In this document: one piece after another, positions 10,911 to 24,137 of the stretch
Position numbering within the stretch: the first letter of the stretch is position 1
Layout: each line of letters starts with the position of its first letter
Program-made: the position numbers and the translations under genes
Notes under the pieces: model-generated
What the model was told of the DNA's origin: nothing
The model's database searches: none
Seen by the model: the letters and a program-made list of their open reading frames with translations, nothing else
Origin: Guillardia theta CCMP2712
Lineage: Eukaryota > Protista > Cryptophyta
Direction of reading: 5' to 3'
Assembly (NCBI RefSeq): GCF_000315625.1
Contig: NW_005434645.1
Span: 643,033-707,032 of the forward strand
DNA: 64,000 nt

Positions 10911-11496
10911 GCGCCGAAGGCATATGAACCGGACTATTGATAAAAAATCTGCAGCTTTGACTAGATCTGTTCCTGCCCTTCATACCCCGCCCCACTTTTG
11001 ATCGCTCTCCATTCACACTCGCCCCCCGCCCCCCCCGCCTCCGGATCCGCTTTTTGAGCTTCGGAGGCTGAGCCGCCGCTCTCCCGGCGTTTCACTGTCA
11101 GGATGCCACTTAAGAAATAATGAGGGAATGCCAACTGGGTCGCGCACTGCCGCAGGGACGAGGAGGAGGAAGACTGAGAGGGGAGGGGTGGGAACGCACT
11201 GAGTCCTACCGTACTGTGACTGCTCCAGGATGATCGGGTTGTACGAAGTTTTGCCTGCTGCCTTCCTCTATGGCCCAATTACCAACACATAAGGAGGTTT
11301 TATAATTATCCTACAAAATAAGAATTTAATAAATATTTACCTGCGAGAGCTCTTAGAATTGATCGAGATTGGATACAAAGCGTAAGACAAATTGCTACCA
11401 ATTTTTATAAAATGTTATTATTTTGTACCAGTATTTGTACCAGGAATTCTGGTACAAGATGAGCGACGACCCCAACACTCAAGCAGAAGACACGCC

Positions 11497-12905
11497 ATGG
11501 CGCGAGCGGGGAAGATGATGGCGATGGTGATGGCGAGCGTGATGGCAAGCAGCGCTGTTTGCTTCTCTCCTTCACTCCCATCAATGACCAGGGCGGGACC
11601 GATGAGACGGAACGGAAGCAATGTGAGATGGCGGTGTATCGTTCCTTCGGTTAAGATCCTCATGCTGCTTCAGGCCAAGATGCAGTTCGGCGACTTCAAA
11701 CTTCCTGAAATCAAACTTCCTGACTTCTCCAATGCCTTTCAGCCACAGCCCAAGCCACAGGTAACGCCGACCTCACGTGATGCTCGCTTGACTCCTCCTG
11801 CAGGCACAGCCCGCCCAGGCAAAGGCTAGAGTCATCGCAGGCAAGTCACTACTAAAGTGCTTTACTCGCGCCTGATCCGATCTTCAGTCACCGGGAGCTC
11901 CGGCATGGTCGGGTCTGCTCTCTGCAAGTCGCTTGAGGCCGACGGATTGGAAATTGTTCCCATCCGTAGGGGTGAGAATGGGCAGCTGCAGGCAAGTTAC
12001 CCATACAGACAAGACGTGCGATGACGTTTGCTATGTCAGATCTCGAGCGAGGATCTTGCCAACGTGGATGCCATAGTGCATCTTGCTGGAGAGAACGTCG
12101 CCACAGGCAGCGGTCCTCTCGGTTGGCTCGGCATCCAGGTTCGCCTCAGCGTCATATCGCATCTGCCGCTGACTCAGCTTAGGCTTGGTCCGAGGCCAAG
12201 AAGTCGGAGATCATCAAGTCGCGCAAGGAAGGCACAGAAGCCGTGGTCGAAGCCATCAATGCATGTCCAGCTGGGAAGAAGCCCAAGACACTCGTCTGCG
12301 CTTCCGGCGTTGGCTTCTACGGCTACACCACTGAGGATGCGGTCGTGGACGAGAGCTCACCTATGGGGACCGGCTTTCTTGCTGCTGAAGTATGCCCCAC
12401 TTGGGAAGCTGCTGCAAGCCAAGCGTCTTGCAGAGTGGTGATTGCCAGGCTTGCTCCTGTTCTCAGCAACAACGGAGGAGCTCTCGGAAAGCTCCTGCCC
12501 ATTTTCAACCTGGGAGGAGGAGGGATCGTGGGCTCTGGGAAGCAGTACTTCTCGTGGATCTCTCTCCGGGACTGCGTCAAGGGTATCCGCTACATGATAG
12601 ACACTCCCTCCCTCTCTGGACCTGTCAATCTCTGCTCCCCTCAGCCCGTGACCAATGCTGACTTCACGTCTGCTCTTGGGAAGGCTCTTCAGCGACCAAC
12701 CATCCTTCCCTTCCCTGACTTTGCTGTTCGCCTCCTCTTTGGACAAATGGGAGAGGAAATGCTGCTGGGAGGACAGAGGGCCATGCCCAGCAAGCTTCAG
12801 GTTGTTCTCGTGCTCCTAACGCCCTAAATGACTGTGCGGCAGGCGGCGGGATTTCAGTTTCAGGATAATACCATCGATGAGGCCCTTGCTGCTACTTTGA
12901 AGTAG
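11497..12905 (+). CDS. TIGR01777-family NAD-dependent epimerase/SDR, plastid-targeted (multi-exon)
   Basis: VTGSSGMVG Rossmann motif, AIVHLAGENV, CASGVGFYG, FLAAEVCPTWE, GGGIVGSGKQYFSWISLRD, GPVNLCSPQPVTNADF, ALQRP; bipartite presequence. Confidence 0.88.
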
Positions 12906-13155
12906 GCGTTGAGACATTTTGAAGAAGTTTTGGGAGGTTGCATTTTGTTGAGAGTCTTTAGAGCAAGGAAAGTTATTTATGATTTTAAGACTAGAATACT
13001 GCATGAATCACACAGACACCTCAAGCTTCTTGTTTCGCAAAAACAAGATGACCATTTGCTCAGATGACTGCTTCACAGGAGAGTTACACTATAAGGAAAT
13101 AATTTGCTTTGTCGAACGGAAGTTTGCTATCACGTCATAAAGACAGACTGGGATA

Positions 13156-14207
13156 TTACTGGGACTCCTCTGCGTCTTCTGGTTGCTTCTCAACAGCTTC
13201 TTCACCGTCAGCACCTGTGACTATCCGTCAGTTCCACAAGAATTCCATCACTGCAATCACCTTCCGCTGCGTCGCTGTTTTCCGAATTCTCTCCCTTGTT
13301 TGCATCTTCGGATTCTTCTTCTTTGCTTTCATCTTCGTGCTCAGAAGCCTCCGCCTGATCTTCCTCTGCATCCTCCATTTTGTCCTCAGAGTTTTCATTG
13401 GTTTGGGGATTCTCTTCCGCGGGACTTGTACCATCCTTTTCCTGTTGCTTCTTCTCCTTCTCCTCCTTCGCTTTCTTTTCATAATCGGCTTTTTGCTCAA
13501 TGCTCAAATCCTTCCACATCTTCCCCAACAACGTTAAGACATGTTTTGGCTCCATGTCGGGATGCTCTTCCTTGACCTTAGCCCTCTGAATGAAAAATTG
13601 TTACCCCAAGGCAGAACGAAAAGGATAGTACCGTCTCGGATACGAAGATGATGTATGCGCTCCTAGCTTTCTTGGGTTTATTGCCCTGAGCAGCCTTTTT
13701 CTCAGCGTCGAACTGTTCTTTCTGTTCCTTGTATTGGGCCTTCAACTCTTCAGCTCTATCCACCCATGGTTTTTTGGCCTCATCACCAAGTTCCTTCCAC
13801 ATGGCCGCAAGTTCTGCCATTTTCAGAGGCGTCGTATTGCCAGCATCCTTGTGCTCTTGACGCTTGTCCTCAGAAAACAACATGTAAGCAGACAGAGCTC
13901 TTTTAGGGCCTTCTTTCTCTTTCTTCTCCTTCTTCTCCTTCTTCCCCTTCTTCTCGGATTTGTCCTTGTCCTCACTGTCCTTGGAGTTGGCATCGGAGAT
14001 TTTTGCTTTCTTCGATTTACGAGGCTTCTCAACGCCAGATTCGTCAGAATTCTCGCCAGATCTTGCTTCTTTGACAGGGGTAGGAGCCTTGGAGTCATCG
14101 TCTGCATTGCGCTTTTTGGATTTGACTGGCTTTGACTTTTGAGCCTGTTCAATCACAACAAAGGTCTCAATGAAAGATTTCGATGGCCCTGAATCCATTT
14201 CAGTCAA
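13156..14207 (-). CDS. HMG-box protein (two HMG boxes, acidic tail)
   Basis: PKRALSAYMLFSED..ELAAMWKEL..KKPW; PKKARSAYIIFV..LGKMWKDLS..KADY; short introns. Confidence 0.88.
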
Positions 14208-15678
14208 GAAGCTGATTCACAGACAAGGAAAAGGCAACCTCCTCGAGAGCATTTCTTGATGCCCCAATAGTAACTGGCAGCAGGTGCGCTCTCGCCACAC
14301 CCACAGTCGCAGGTTACAAAAGATGATTTGTCTGTCATAGAATGGTCAAACAATCGATTGATCAGGAGCAGATATCAAAACCTGGTCCATAAACCTTGAC
14401 CGATCCTGTTTTCGCTGACATTGTGGCCTGCAATCGATCAGTCACTAACTAACAATGCCATGAGATACGAACGTTGCATTTCACAACAGAGTGCAAAGCC
14501 AAAGAAAAACAACGATCGAACATGCCATCGTGTAAAATTTTAAGCATTTGACCTCTCATGTGGTTGCAACATTCTATAAATCAACATGATTCGCGAATGC
14601 GACAAGTGTTTTCTATACACTCTAAGAACACAGGAATTCTGAAACTCATGCAAGATCCACGCGTAGCGACGCATCACCACAAACACGACCAGGAAAGTCT
14701 AGCTCAAATCGAAGATGTGGAGTCTGACCAGCAGAGAAGAGCTAAGGGCAGAAGGAGCTTGCGAGAATGCAAAGCGGAAAGAATGAGTTATCGAGAGAAC
14801 GCATGGGGGTGATGGAGGGCGGTGCAAATCGCATGTATGGTAATATGCATATTGGGTCAGAAGGAGGACGAAAGGATACAGCAATGCTCATTCCATGATG
14901 AGGGAAGGAGGACATGGAAGGATCTAGAGGTGGTGGCAGCGCAGTCTTTGACAGCATGTCGTCCATGCCGGGTTTGTGGGTTCAAGTGGCGGAAAGGGCG
15001 GGAAAATCTTTTCAGTGGAGATAAATTAAAACTAGTTTTTGTTCTACAAATAGATGTTGTTTTTGTACAGAACTATGTAGAGAGCCCTCTAGTTTTGCTA
15101 AAGAAAAATTGTACCAGGACTAAATATTTTTATACAAATATTTTAGTTATGTCGTGCTTCTCGAATAAATGGTACATTGCAAAAATACATTTATTAAAAA
15201 AACCGAAGATGAACTCCCGCGCCGAAAGATCCCTTCAGATGATCACCGGTGATTTTGAGTGAAAACTTAGTGGACCGGTACAGGGATACTCATTCCAGGA
15301 GACCACCGGTGGGTCTAAGTGCATTCGAATGGGTGGAAAATAGGTGGACCTGTACCGGTTCAAAGATCAAATAAAACCACCGGTACACTTGAGACATCCG
15401 TGTATACGATCACACCCCTGCTTTGTACCGATAAAGAGGGGAAATGAATGGGGTAGGTACTGTAGTGGCATATTGGCGGGGGACTTTCAAAACAACATTT
15501 TGCATTTCGTCAAAGCGAGGAGGGGACCAAGGCAAGGACAAGAGCAGGAGCAGCAGGAGCAGCAGGAGCAGTAGGATCAGTAGGAGCAGTAGGAGCAGTA
15601 GGAGCAGGAGCAGTAGGAGCAGCAGGAGCAGCAGCAGCAGCAGCTGGCGGAGGAGGCGGAGGGAGCAAGAACAGCCAA

Positions 15679-18110
15679 TTGAAACATCACGAAGTGACAC
15701 ACGAACACGAAGAAAAGAAATCAAGTGGAGGCTACAACAAAGGCGACTATAAGAAGAGCCAGAGCGAGACGAAGGAACAATTGCCTCCTGAATTACTGCT
15801 GCAAACAGGAAAAGGAAAGCGCCGGGCTGTCATGTTCACAGCTAGTACCCATGAAGCAAACATCTTGTTCGAAGGCATTGCTCTTACCCTGTCATCACTC
15901 GGCGCAGTGAAGGGGTTTGAGTTCATCGAGGACAAACTTGTAATCCGACTTGACGAGTTCAGTGGTATCTTGTGCTTGGAGAAGACTGGCGAGCTGAAAA
16001 CTTGCGAGCCGTCTCTGCAATGCGAGGCTGAGGATTTGAGGCCCAAGAAAAGGAGCCGCTACGGAGAAACTCTACGTGTGTCAACAGTGTGTCAAGTTGC
16101 TCAACGGCTGGATGAGGAAAAACCACGATCACGATCAAGAAAGGCTGAGGCTGTAGGGGATGCAGACAGCGTCTCTAACAAAGACGCAAAGCCCCAAGAT
16201 GTTGTCAGCCAGGGGAGGTCTTTGCGGAGGGGCGTGAGGCAGATGCAGCTGGATGAAAAGCTGGCGAAGCAGCTGCAAATGGAGGAGGAGAAGTCTGCGA
16301 GGCAGCTCAAACCCAAGTGACTCGCTGGCGGCTGATTGCTCTTGCTGACAAGCCCTCAGGTGGGTCCGCATGAAAGGCGGTGGCGACAGGCCGTCCCCGC
16401 GGTGGGGACACACCTGCACTCTGATCAAGCAATCTCCGCCTGTCCTGCTCTTTGCCGGAGGAGAGACCGTTGATGCTGGCGGGACTCCCTCCACTTGCCA
16501 AGACTTCTTCGAGTATCATACGGACAGCGACTGCTGGGTTAGTGCGGGTCAAGATACAGCCAGTGGCAGGCGAGACTTAGCTGCGTGTTCTTGATATATT
16601 CAGTTTCTGTTTTTGAAGTTTGAATATCTCATGCGCGTTTTGTTCTATGCTTGCAAGCAGAGAATCCCCTTGACTGCTGTGTGGCAGGTCCTTCCATAGT
16701 TCCGTGCTGCTTGAAAACAGCAACGGGAGGATGCTGGTTGTGTTCGGAGGCGAGAGAGCTCACGAGCAGGAGAAGCAGGTGCTTAGTCAACCCTCCCCTG
16801 CGATGGACTCCGCCTGACCTCTGACAAGATGCTGTCGGATCTGATGATCATGGACTTGGACGAGATGGTCTGGTTCCGACCCAACGTCACAGGAGTCGGG
16901 CCGTGTGCTCGCAGTGGGCACAGCTGCGTGCGACTAGGTGAGAGGAGGGCAGGGAGGAGCGCGGCAGTGATCGCACTTCAGAGCAACACTGCATCGTATT
17001 CGGGGGCTCCAATGGGGACGAGTACTTCAACGATGTCTATGTACTGGACACGACGCACTGGAACTGGTGACTGACCTCGCTGGAATCGTCTCCCTGATAC
17101 AAGGGGACCAGGTTTCAGCCGCCTATCTTGGGGAACAGCCCGAGTCCTCGGGGCTACCATGCTGCCGTCGTGCATGACAGTAAGATGTACGTAGTCGCAG
17201 GAGACTCGCGAAATGGGGGTGAGTCAGAGAGTCGCTCTGAGATCCCCGGTGGGGTGGTTGAACTATCCCTGACAGCGCTGTCGGATATCCACTGCCTTGA
17301 CCTCTTCACGTGGGAATGGAGCGAGATCAAACTGACGGGAGACAAGCTGGATGTAGCTCTTGCTGCCCCCTTCTCTTGTGCCCTAGGAGCTGACGTAGGA
17401 TGCAGCCCGCCTGTGGGATGTGCGCCACTGTCAGCGGTACTTGTGATGTGCGCAGGAGGAGCATGTGTGACCCTTGGACACAGGCAGTCAAATCCTCGTC
17501 CATGGTGGTTGGGGCAAGAACGGGAAGTTCAGATCAGGTCAGGAGCTCTTAGAGAGTTGCGATCCCCTCCAGCTGAGCTGCTGAAACCTACAGGGAAGAC
17601 CTTCCTGATGATCGATACCGAAGATTTCAAGGTGAGAGCAGATTGTTCACCTGGCTGTGGGCTGACGGCTGTTGGTGTCAGTGCCGAGCTGTGATCGCTG
17701 ATGGAGATGCTCCGTGAGTTGTCAAGACAGCTCGACTTGTGTTGGGTGATTTCTCAACGGACAGCAAGGAGTGTGCTGGGCACACTTTGACGGCATACAG
17801 CAACGGCAGCGCTCTGTTGTTTGGAGGACAGGTCTTTCTGTGAGATGTGCTGTGTTGCTCCTCTGACGGGTATCGCTCAAGGATTCTGATGAGACCTGTC
17901 TGAACCAGGTGATCTTCTTGATTCGCTTCCTCCTCGTCCTCGTCCTCCCTGCCTCCTCCTTCTCACTTCCTCCTCCTCGCTTCCTTCACCCCCTCGCTTC
18001 TTCTTCCTCCTGCATGCTTCTTCCTCCTCTTCTCAAGTTTTAGTTCTTCAGGTCATCAGCCTCAGGCTCAAAGATTGAGTGGAGGAAACGGTGCTTCACT
18101 ATCAGGTTGT
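15679..18110 (+). CDS. Kelch-repeat protein with N-terminal extension (multi-exon; start and end approximate)
   Basis: PSPRWGHTC, VVFGG, PCARSGHSC, FGGSNG..YFND, PSPRGYHAA, GHTLT..LFGG; ORF 15679-16316 splices in frame via a short intron at ~16317-16358. Confidence 0.75.
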
Positions 18111-18572
18111 GAGAAGATTCTCCGGCAGCCCCAGCAATGAAAACAAACTTAATCTCGTCTCCGTCTCGGCTCCACCCGTCGACTGTCGAGATTTGCCAGC
18201 TGAAGTCCTGCTGGGAGGATGCTGATGAGAATGGCAGGCATGTAGGAAGATAGGGAAGGAACAAGGAAGGGAGGGAAACAGGCTGGACGAGGGGAGGGAG
18301 GGAGGGAGGGAGGGAGGAGCTACCTGGAGGGGTTTGGGGAGTTCTTCTGAAGGAGAGAAAGTCGAGGAGACTTCAGCCCGTTAGATGCTCGTAGAGAGTC
18401 AGCTGGGGTCGGTGCGAGCGTGTCGCCGGCATGGGACATGCTGGGGTTGTCATTCTCCCTCTGCCTGCTCTCAGCCCAGGGCCTCTTGCTGGTGTGAAGT
18501 CTCGGGGACGGAAAGCCGAAGCGGGCGGGACTTGACCAGTCGTCGACAGCGTGCGGGAGAGGAGGGGGGTTC

Positions 18573-21500
18573 CTAATGGAGTCGCGCTGTTCGCTCCTCC
18601 AGTCCGGAGATTTGAAGGCAGGAGGAGTCGCGTACCAGTTGCGATCTGATGGGCCGAGAGATCAGGAAGGAGGAGAGGAGAGGGCAAGGAGGAGTGTCGA
18701 GGTTGCTGCGGGGGATGGAAAGGAAGACGAAGAGAGGGAAGGAAGAGAACATGGGAGGAGATGAGGGGCACAAGGGAGGGCAGGAGAAGCGGGAGAAGAG
18801 GGAGGCACCTTCAGTCTTGTCGTCTCTGTGAGGAGCTTGCGATAGAGAGGATCGTCGGATGGTCTCTATGTAGCCGTCCAGGAGGCTCCTCATGCTCTTG
18901 ATCTCCTGCGATCGCGCTCGATCCGTCTGCGCGAAGGTTCTGATCCGGTCGACATAGTCCTCCATCCTCGCCGACAGCTGCCCCCCATGTCAGTTCGCAG
19001 CGGAGAACAGTGAGGAGCAGAGGGCAGGAGCAGGAGCAGGAGGAGGAGGAGGAGGAGGAGGAGGAGGAGGAGGAGGAGGAGGAGGAGGAGCAGATGGCAG
19101 GAGCAGGAGGAGGACGAGGAGGAGGACGAGGAGGACGAGGAGGAGGAGGAGGAGGAGGGGCAGGGGCAGGGGCAGGGGCAGGGGCAGGGGCAGGGGCAGG
19201 GGCAGGGGCAGGGGCAGGAGCAGCATGGCTGGTCTACCGATTGCAGGTCGGTGCCATTGGCGGTCTTGATGGTAGAAACCTCTCGCAGGCGGATCCTGGC
19301 AGCAGACAGTTCTCTCTCTACCTTCTTGAGCTGCAGCTGCAGCTGAAGCTTCTCGTCTTGCGCGTGCTCGAGGACAGTCAGCGCGTTAGCCCTCTCATGC
19401 TCCAGCTCGCTGAGGAGAGCCATCTTTTCGTGCTCTTCCTTCCTCACCCTCTGCTGCTCCTCCTTCAGCTCCTCTCTGTTGCTCCTCAACTCTGAAGCCA
19501 GCAGCTTCACCTCCCTCTCCTTGTGCTTCAGACATGCGTGCATGTCAACAAGGTCGCTCTTCAGCTCGCTTCCCAGCACGTGGAAGGCGTCAACTGTCTG
19601 CGCGATCTCCGAGTGACACTTCCTTCCCCTCTCCCGGGCCTCCATCATTCTTCTCCTGCTCTCCTCCTTGTCCAGCTCCAGCTGGGCCTTTCTGTTTGAC
19701 AAGGTGTCAACCTCCAGCTCCAGGTTGCAGCGCAGGAGCGCGTGCTCGTGAAGCATCTGCTTGCTGTTCCCCACCTCTCTCCTCAGCTGCCTGTTCTCTG
19801 CTACCAGCCTCTCCACCTTCCGCGCCTGCTCCTGCACCGCATCCTCCATGGCAAGGTAACTCTCCATCCCTTCACGTCGCACGCTCGCAACCTCCTCCAC
19901 CAGCTCCTTCGCCCTCATCTCCGACAACTTGACCTTTCCCTGCAGGCCCCGGCACCTGCTCTCGAGCTCCCGAGCTCTCCTCTCCACTTCGCTCGCCATG
20001 CTTCTCAGCGCCTCCTCGGTGCTGGCAGCTCGAGTCCTGATCGCCACCTCCGCTTCCCCTCGAGCTTGCAGGCTGATGTGCGCCTTGAGCAGCGACTCCC
20101 TTAGCTCCTCCCGCTCTCCTTCCAGCGAGCTGAGAGTCTTTCTCAGCTGCCCGTACTCATACCGCGCTCCTTGCAGCAGGGAGTAGGAGGACTTGTGCGC
20201 TCGGTTCAGCTCCTCTACCACCAGCTGCAGCTCTTGCTCGACATCCCACACCTGACCCTGAAGGAGGCTGCAGCAGGAGCGGACCTCCGCACCCCACCTG
20301 TCCCTCAGGCTGCTCAGCTCTCGATTTCTCTCCAGCAGCTTCTCCTTCTCTCTTTCCTTCATGCCCAGAAGCAGCTCCAGCTCTCTCGCCCTCGCATCCT
20401 TCGCCTCCCCCGCCTCCTGCAGGTCCCGCAGCTTCCGCTGTGAGGCAGCAGCCTCGATCTCCATCCTCCGGTACAGGTCTGCGCGCTCCTCCTCCTCCCT
20501 CAGCAGCTCCTTCTGCGCCTTGTCCAACGCGCTCCACCGGGTCTCAGCCAGGGCTCGCGATTCAGCAGCAGAGCGTTTGAGCTCGTTGACCTCCAGCAGC
20601 GCGTCCTGCAGCCGCTGGTGCAAGACTTTGTTCTCCTCCTCCAGCTCCGACGCTTTCTCCGAGGAAGACACCAGCTGACGGGTCAGCTCGGCTTCTCGCT
20701 CCTCTGCTCCGCTCAGCCTCCTCCTCAGCTCCACCTCGGAGCTGGCGAACGCCCTCCGGACATTCTCAACCTCCTCCTGCGCCTCCACCAGCTCCTCCTC
20801 TGCCTTCCTGTGCTGGACCTCGAGCTGGAGCCAGCTTTGGTGTCGCTTCGCTAGCGCCTGTTTGAGCTCCTCCACCTCCCCTTCCAGCTGGGTTCTCTGC
20901 TGCTCCCCTGCCTCCCTCAAAGCTGCGAGCTGACCCTCCAGCTCTCCTCTCTCCTGCTGGCTGTTGGCTGAGAGAACCCGCAGCCTCCCGTCGGCACCGG
21001 CAAGTTTGACCTGCACGCGCAGTCAACAGCGATGGGGATGGAGGAGGAGGAGGAGGAGTGAGACAAGAGGATGTACGTTATGGCAGGAACTGACGGGCAA
21101 AGAGAGGAGGTCGAAGAGAGAGGGGGGAGGAGAGGAGAGGAGGAGGAAGGAGAGCGGGGGGAAAGGGGGGGGATTAACGAATGGAGGGTGGACAAGAAAC
21201 GGTGAGTAGGGCGGAAGACAGGCGGGGGCAGACAAGGAGGAAGAGGAGGGAGGACGTGTGTATCTTACCCGAAGATCTTTTTCCACCTCCTTCCTCGCGC
21301 ACAGACTTTCCTCGAGGTGTTTCAACTGCTCGCCAAGATCTTCCAGCTCCAAGTTCTTCCTCGTAAGCTCCTCCTCCAGCTTCAGCCGCTGCTTCCTCTG
21401 CTTCTCCTCTGCGCTCCTGTGCTGACTCCCAGCAGCCTCCGTGAAGTTTCTGAGCTCGTCCAGCTGGAGGAGGACGGAGCGAACTTCGGTTGTCAGTGCC

Positions 21501-23810
21501 TGCAGCTGAGACTTTACAGCTCCCCTGAGATTCTCAGCGTCGCTCCTCGCATGCCGCAGCTTCTGCTCCAGGAAGACGCTGTTTGACTGTCCCTGCATCA
21601 GCTCGCCCCTGAGCTCCGCTACCAGCTGCTGGTTCGCCTCCTCCCTCCTCCTCCCCTCTGCCTCCAGCTGCTTGCGCTCACTCTGCTCCTCCTTCAGCCT
21701 CATCCTCGTCGTCGCTAGCTCCTGCTCCCCTCGCTGAATCTCTCTCTCCTTGCTCTCCACGCGATCCGACAGGTTGCCCAGCTGGTATCGGAGCTTGTCC
21801 AGTTCGCAGGACGCGGAGGTCAGAGAGTCGTTGATCTCTCGGTTCTTGCTCTCGAGCTGGCCGCTCAGAGTCTCCAGCCTGTCAAACTTGTCAAACTCTG
21901 ATGGGGAAAGTCCTCAGGGCGAGTTTCACCTGGACCTCTGCTGCTCGGAGTTTGACAGGCTGTTCTTAAGAGATGCCAGCTGGCCTGAGAGCTCAGCGAT
22001 CTGCTTGTCTCGCGCAAAGATTCCTTCGCTCTTCTCCCTGCTCCTCTCGTTCAGCTCCTCGTTCAGCCGCTTCAGCTCCCCGATCTGCAAGTTCAGCGCA
22101 TCCTCCTCCCTCCCAGCCGCTGAGAGCCGCTCCTCCATGCTCGCCCTGACCTCACGCAGCTGCTGCTCCTTCTCCTCCAGCTGAGCCTCTGCCTGCGCCA
22201 AGTTCGAGCTGAGCCGACGAATTTCGGCGTCGAGGGAGCTGATCGCGTCCTCCTGGAGGAGGCGGAGCTTCGCCATCTCACCCTGCAGCGCCTCCTCCCT
22301 CCCCTGCATCTCAGCACGAAGACTCTCCATGCGGTCTGCGCTCTCCCGCACGAACGTCTCGTGCTGGCTCGTAGCATCGCCCAGGCTCTGCTGCATCCTT
22401 GCTCGCTCCTCCTCAAGCAGGGAGAGCTTCCTCTCCAGCTCGTCCCTCCCGCTCTCTGCTGCTGCAAGATCCTTGCGAAGCGCCTGCAGCTGGTCCACCA
22501 TCTCTTGCTTCTCCCTCTCCGCCCCATCTGCCTCCTCCTCCCTCCTCTTCTTTGCCTCCTTCTCTTTCTCTTCCTGTCAGTCTTGTCAGTGAGGGCCCGC
22601 ATACAAATATTCCTTCACCATCTTCTTTGCCCAGCTGCACTCCAGCTCTCCCAACCTGACCTCGAAGCTGCTCGAGAGCTCGTCGATCTTGATGCTCGTC
22701 GACTTCTTCTCATCCTCCAGCAGACTCTTCAGCTCGTCAATGCACTCCTGCGCCGTCCTTTGCTCCGATCTCGCAGCCTGAGCCAGCAATTAGCGAAAGG
22801 GAGTAGGGAGTCTGGAGAACACTTGTTCTTTCTCTGCGAGCTGACGATCAAAGGACGCTTGTCTCCCATCGAGCTCCTCCCTCAGCCTCTTCAAGTAGAT
22901 CTCCTGCAGCGATGATAGGCCCTCCAGCTCCTGCACATGGTCCCGCAAGTTTTCTTCCACCTCCTCATTCCATTCAATGAGCTGTGCCAAGGGGTCAGGA
23001 GATGCTCTTTCCCTTCCCTCCACTCACACTCGCGATCAGGCTCTCGAGCTCGGCGATCGAGTTGTTCCCTGCTGCTGCCTTGACCGCTCCCTGCAGCTCG
23101 GCCAGTTTCATGAAGACTCCTTTGATCTTGCTCGCAACGAGTCAACGGACTCCCCGCAGAAGCAGCTTCACCTTCTCGACAGACCGGATGTCCGACCTGT
23201 GCATGCTGTACGTCTGCGCTTCTTTCCCCCGTTTCTGGATCTCGATGCGAAGAGCTGACCCGATCACGTCGGATCCTCGCAGCCTGACCCTCGTCGTCAT
23301 CCTCACAAGGTCAAGGGAGGAAGGGAGCTCACAGCGGAATCACTGAGGAGGCGGTGACAGGTTGAAGCCCCGACGACCCCGTGGGGTCGATGGCGCGGAC
23401 GATATCGCCCTTCTCGATGCGTCCTCCCTCGTGTACCCTGAGAGCGCCGCCATCAGCTTGTTGCCCTCACATGCCCTCCCCTCGCATGACCTGAACGCCG
23501 GACCTCCCGGGACTACCATGGTGATCTCGCAGCCTTCCAGCACAATACCTGCATCACAGACCATGAGTCCTCGGTCATTCCATATTGTCCTGCTCTCACC
23601 TACTGTAGACTTGATGGGAAGAACCTTGCCTGAATCCTTCACGCTGAACTTCTGACCGAGCTGTTTCTGTCTCTCCGCCATGGGAGTCTTGAGGTGCCGA
23701 TCGACCTCCCCCAGCCAATCTGACGGCTCATCGAGGACAACAGGATCTCTTCCTGAACGTTCTCCCCTTGAGGCTTCTTCCCCTCCCCCTCCTCCCCCTC
23801 TGTTTGCCAT
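18573..23810 (-). CDS. Large coiled-coil protein with N-terminal PDZ-like domain (multi-exon)
   Basis: GIVLEGCEITMVVPGGPAF...GDIVRAID PDZ-like motifs; >1000 aa of E/L/R/Q-rich heptads in ORFs 22790-23023, 21926-22501, 21023-21760, 18890-21016. Confidence 0.75.
19020..19222. repeat. (GGA)n/(GGGGCA)n intronic microsatellites
   Basis: Direct reading. Confidence 0.9.
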
Positions 23811-24137
23811 AGGGCGGCGGTACGATTTTGGGTTGTTGACCACCGGCAGATGACCTGAGGCGGGTCTAGACTGACCATCATCAAGTTCCGCGGGCCGACA
23901 GTGCCGAGGCCCCGGCGTGACCCGGAGTCCGACTCAGTGTCAGAGTCATCATAATGATCGCCGTCATCCGTGGCCGCAGATGATGGCGGCCCGGGCGCGG
24001 CCCATGCGGGCGCTGACTCGGACACACTGCTCAGTGCGCCCGGCCCGGCTGCGGGGGGGCCGGCTGCGGGGGGTCAGTCCGGCGGCGCCGGGTCCTCAGC
24101 GGTCATGGTCAACAGTCACAGTTCAACCGTTTCAAGT

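Noticed and set aside
14558-15262. Several short ORFs between the HMG and kelch genes
   Set aside because: No recognisable motif or consistent exon chain
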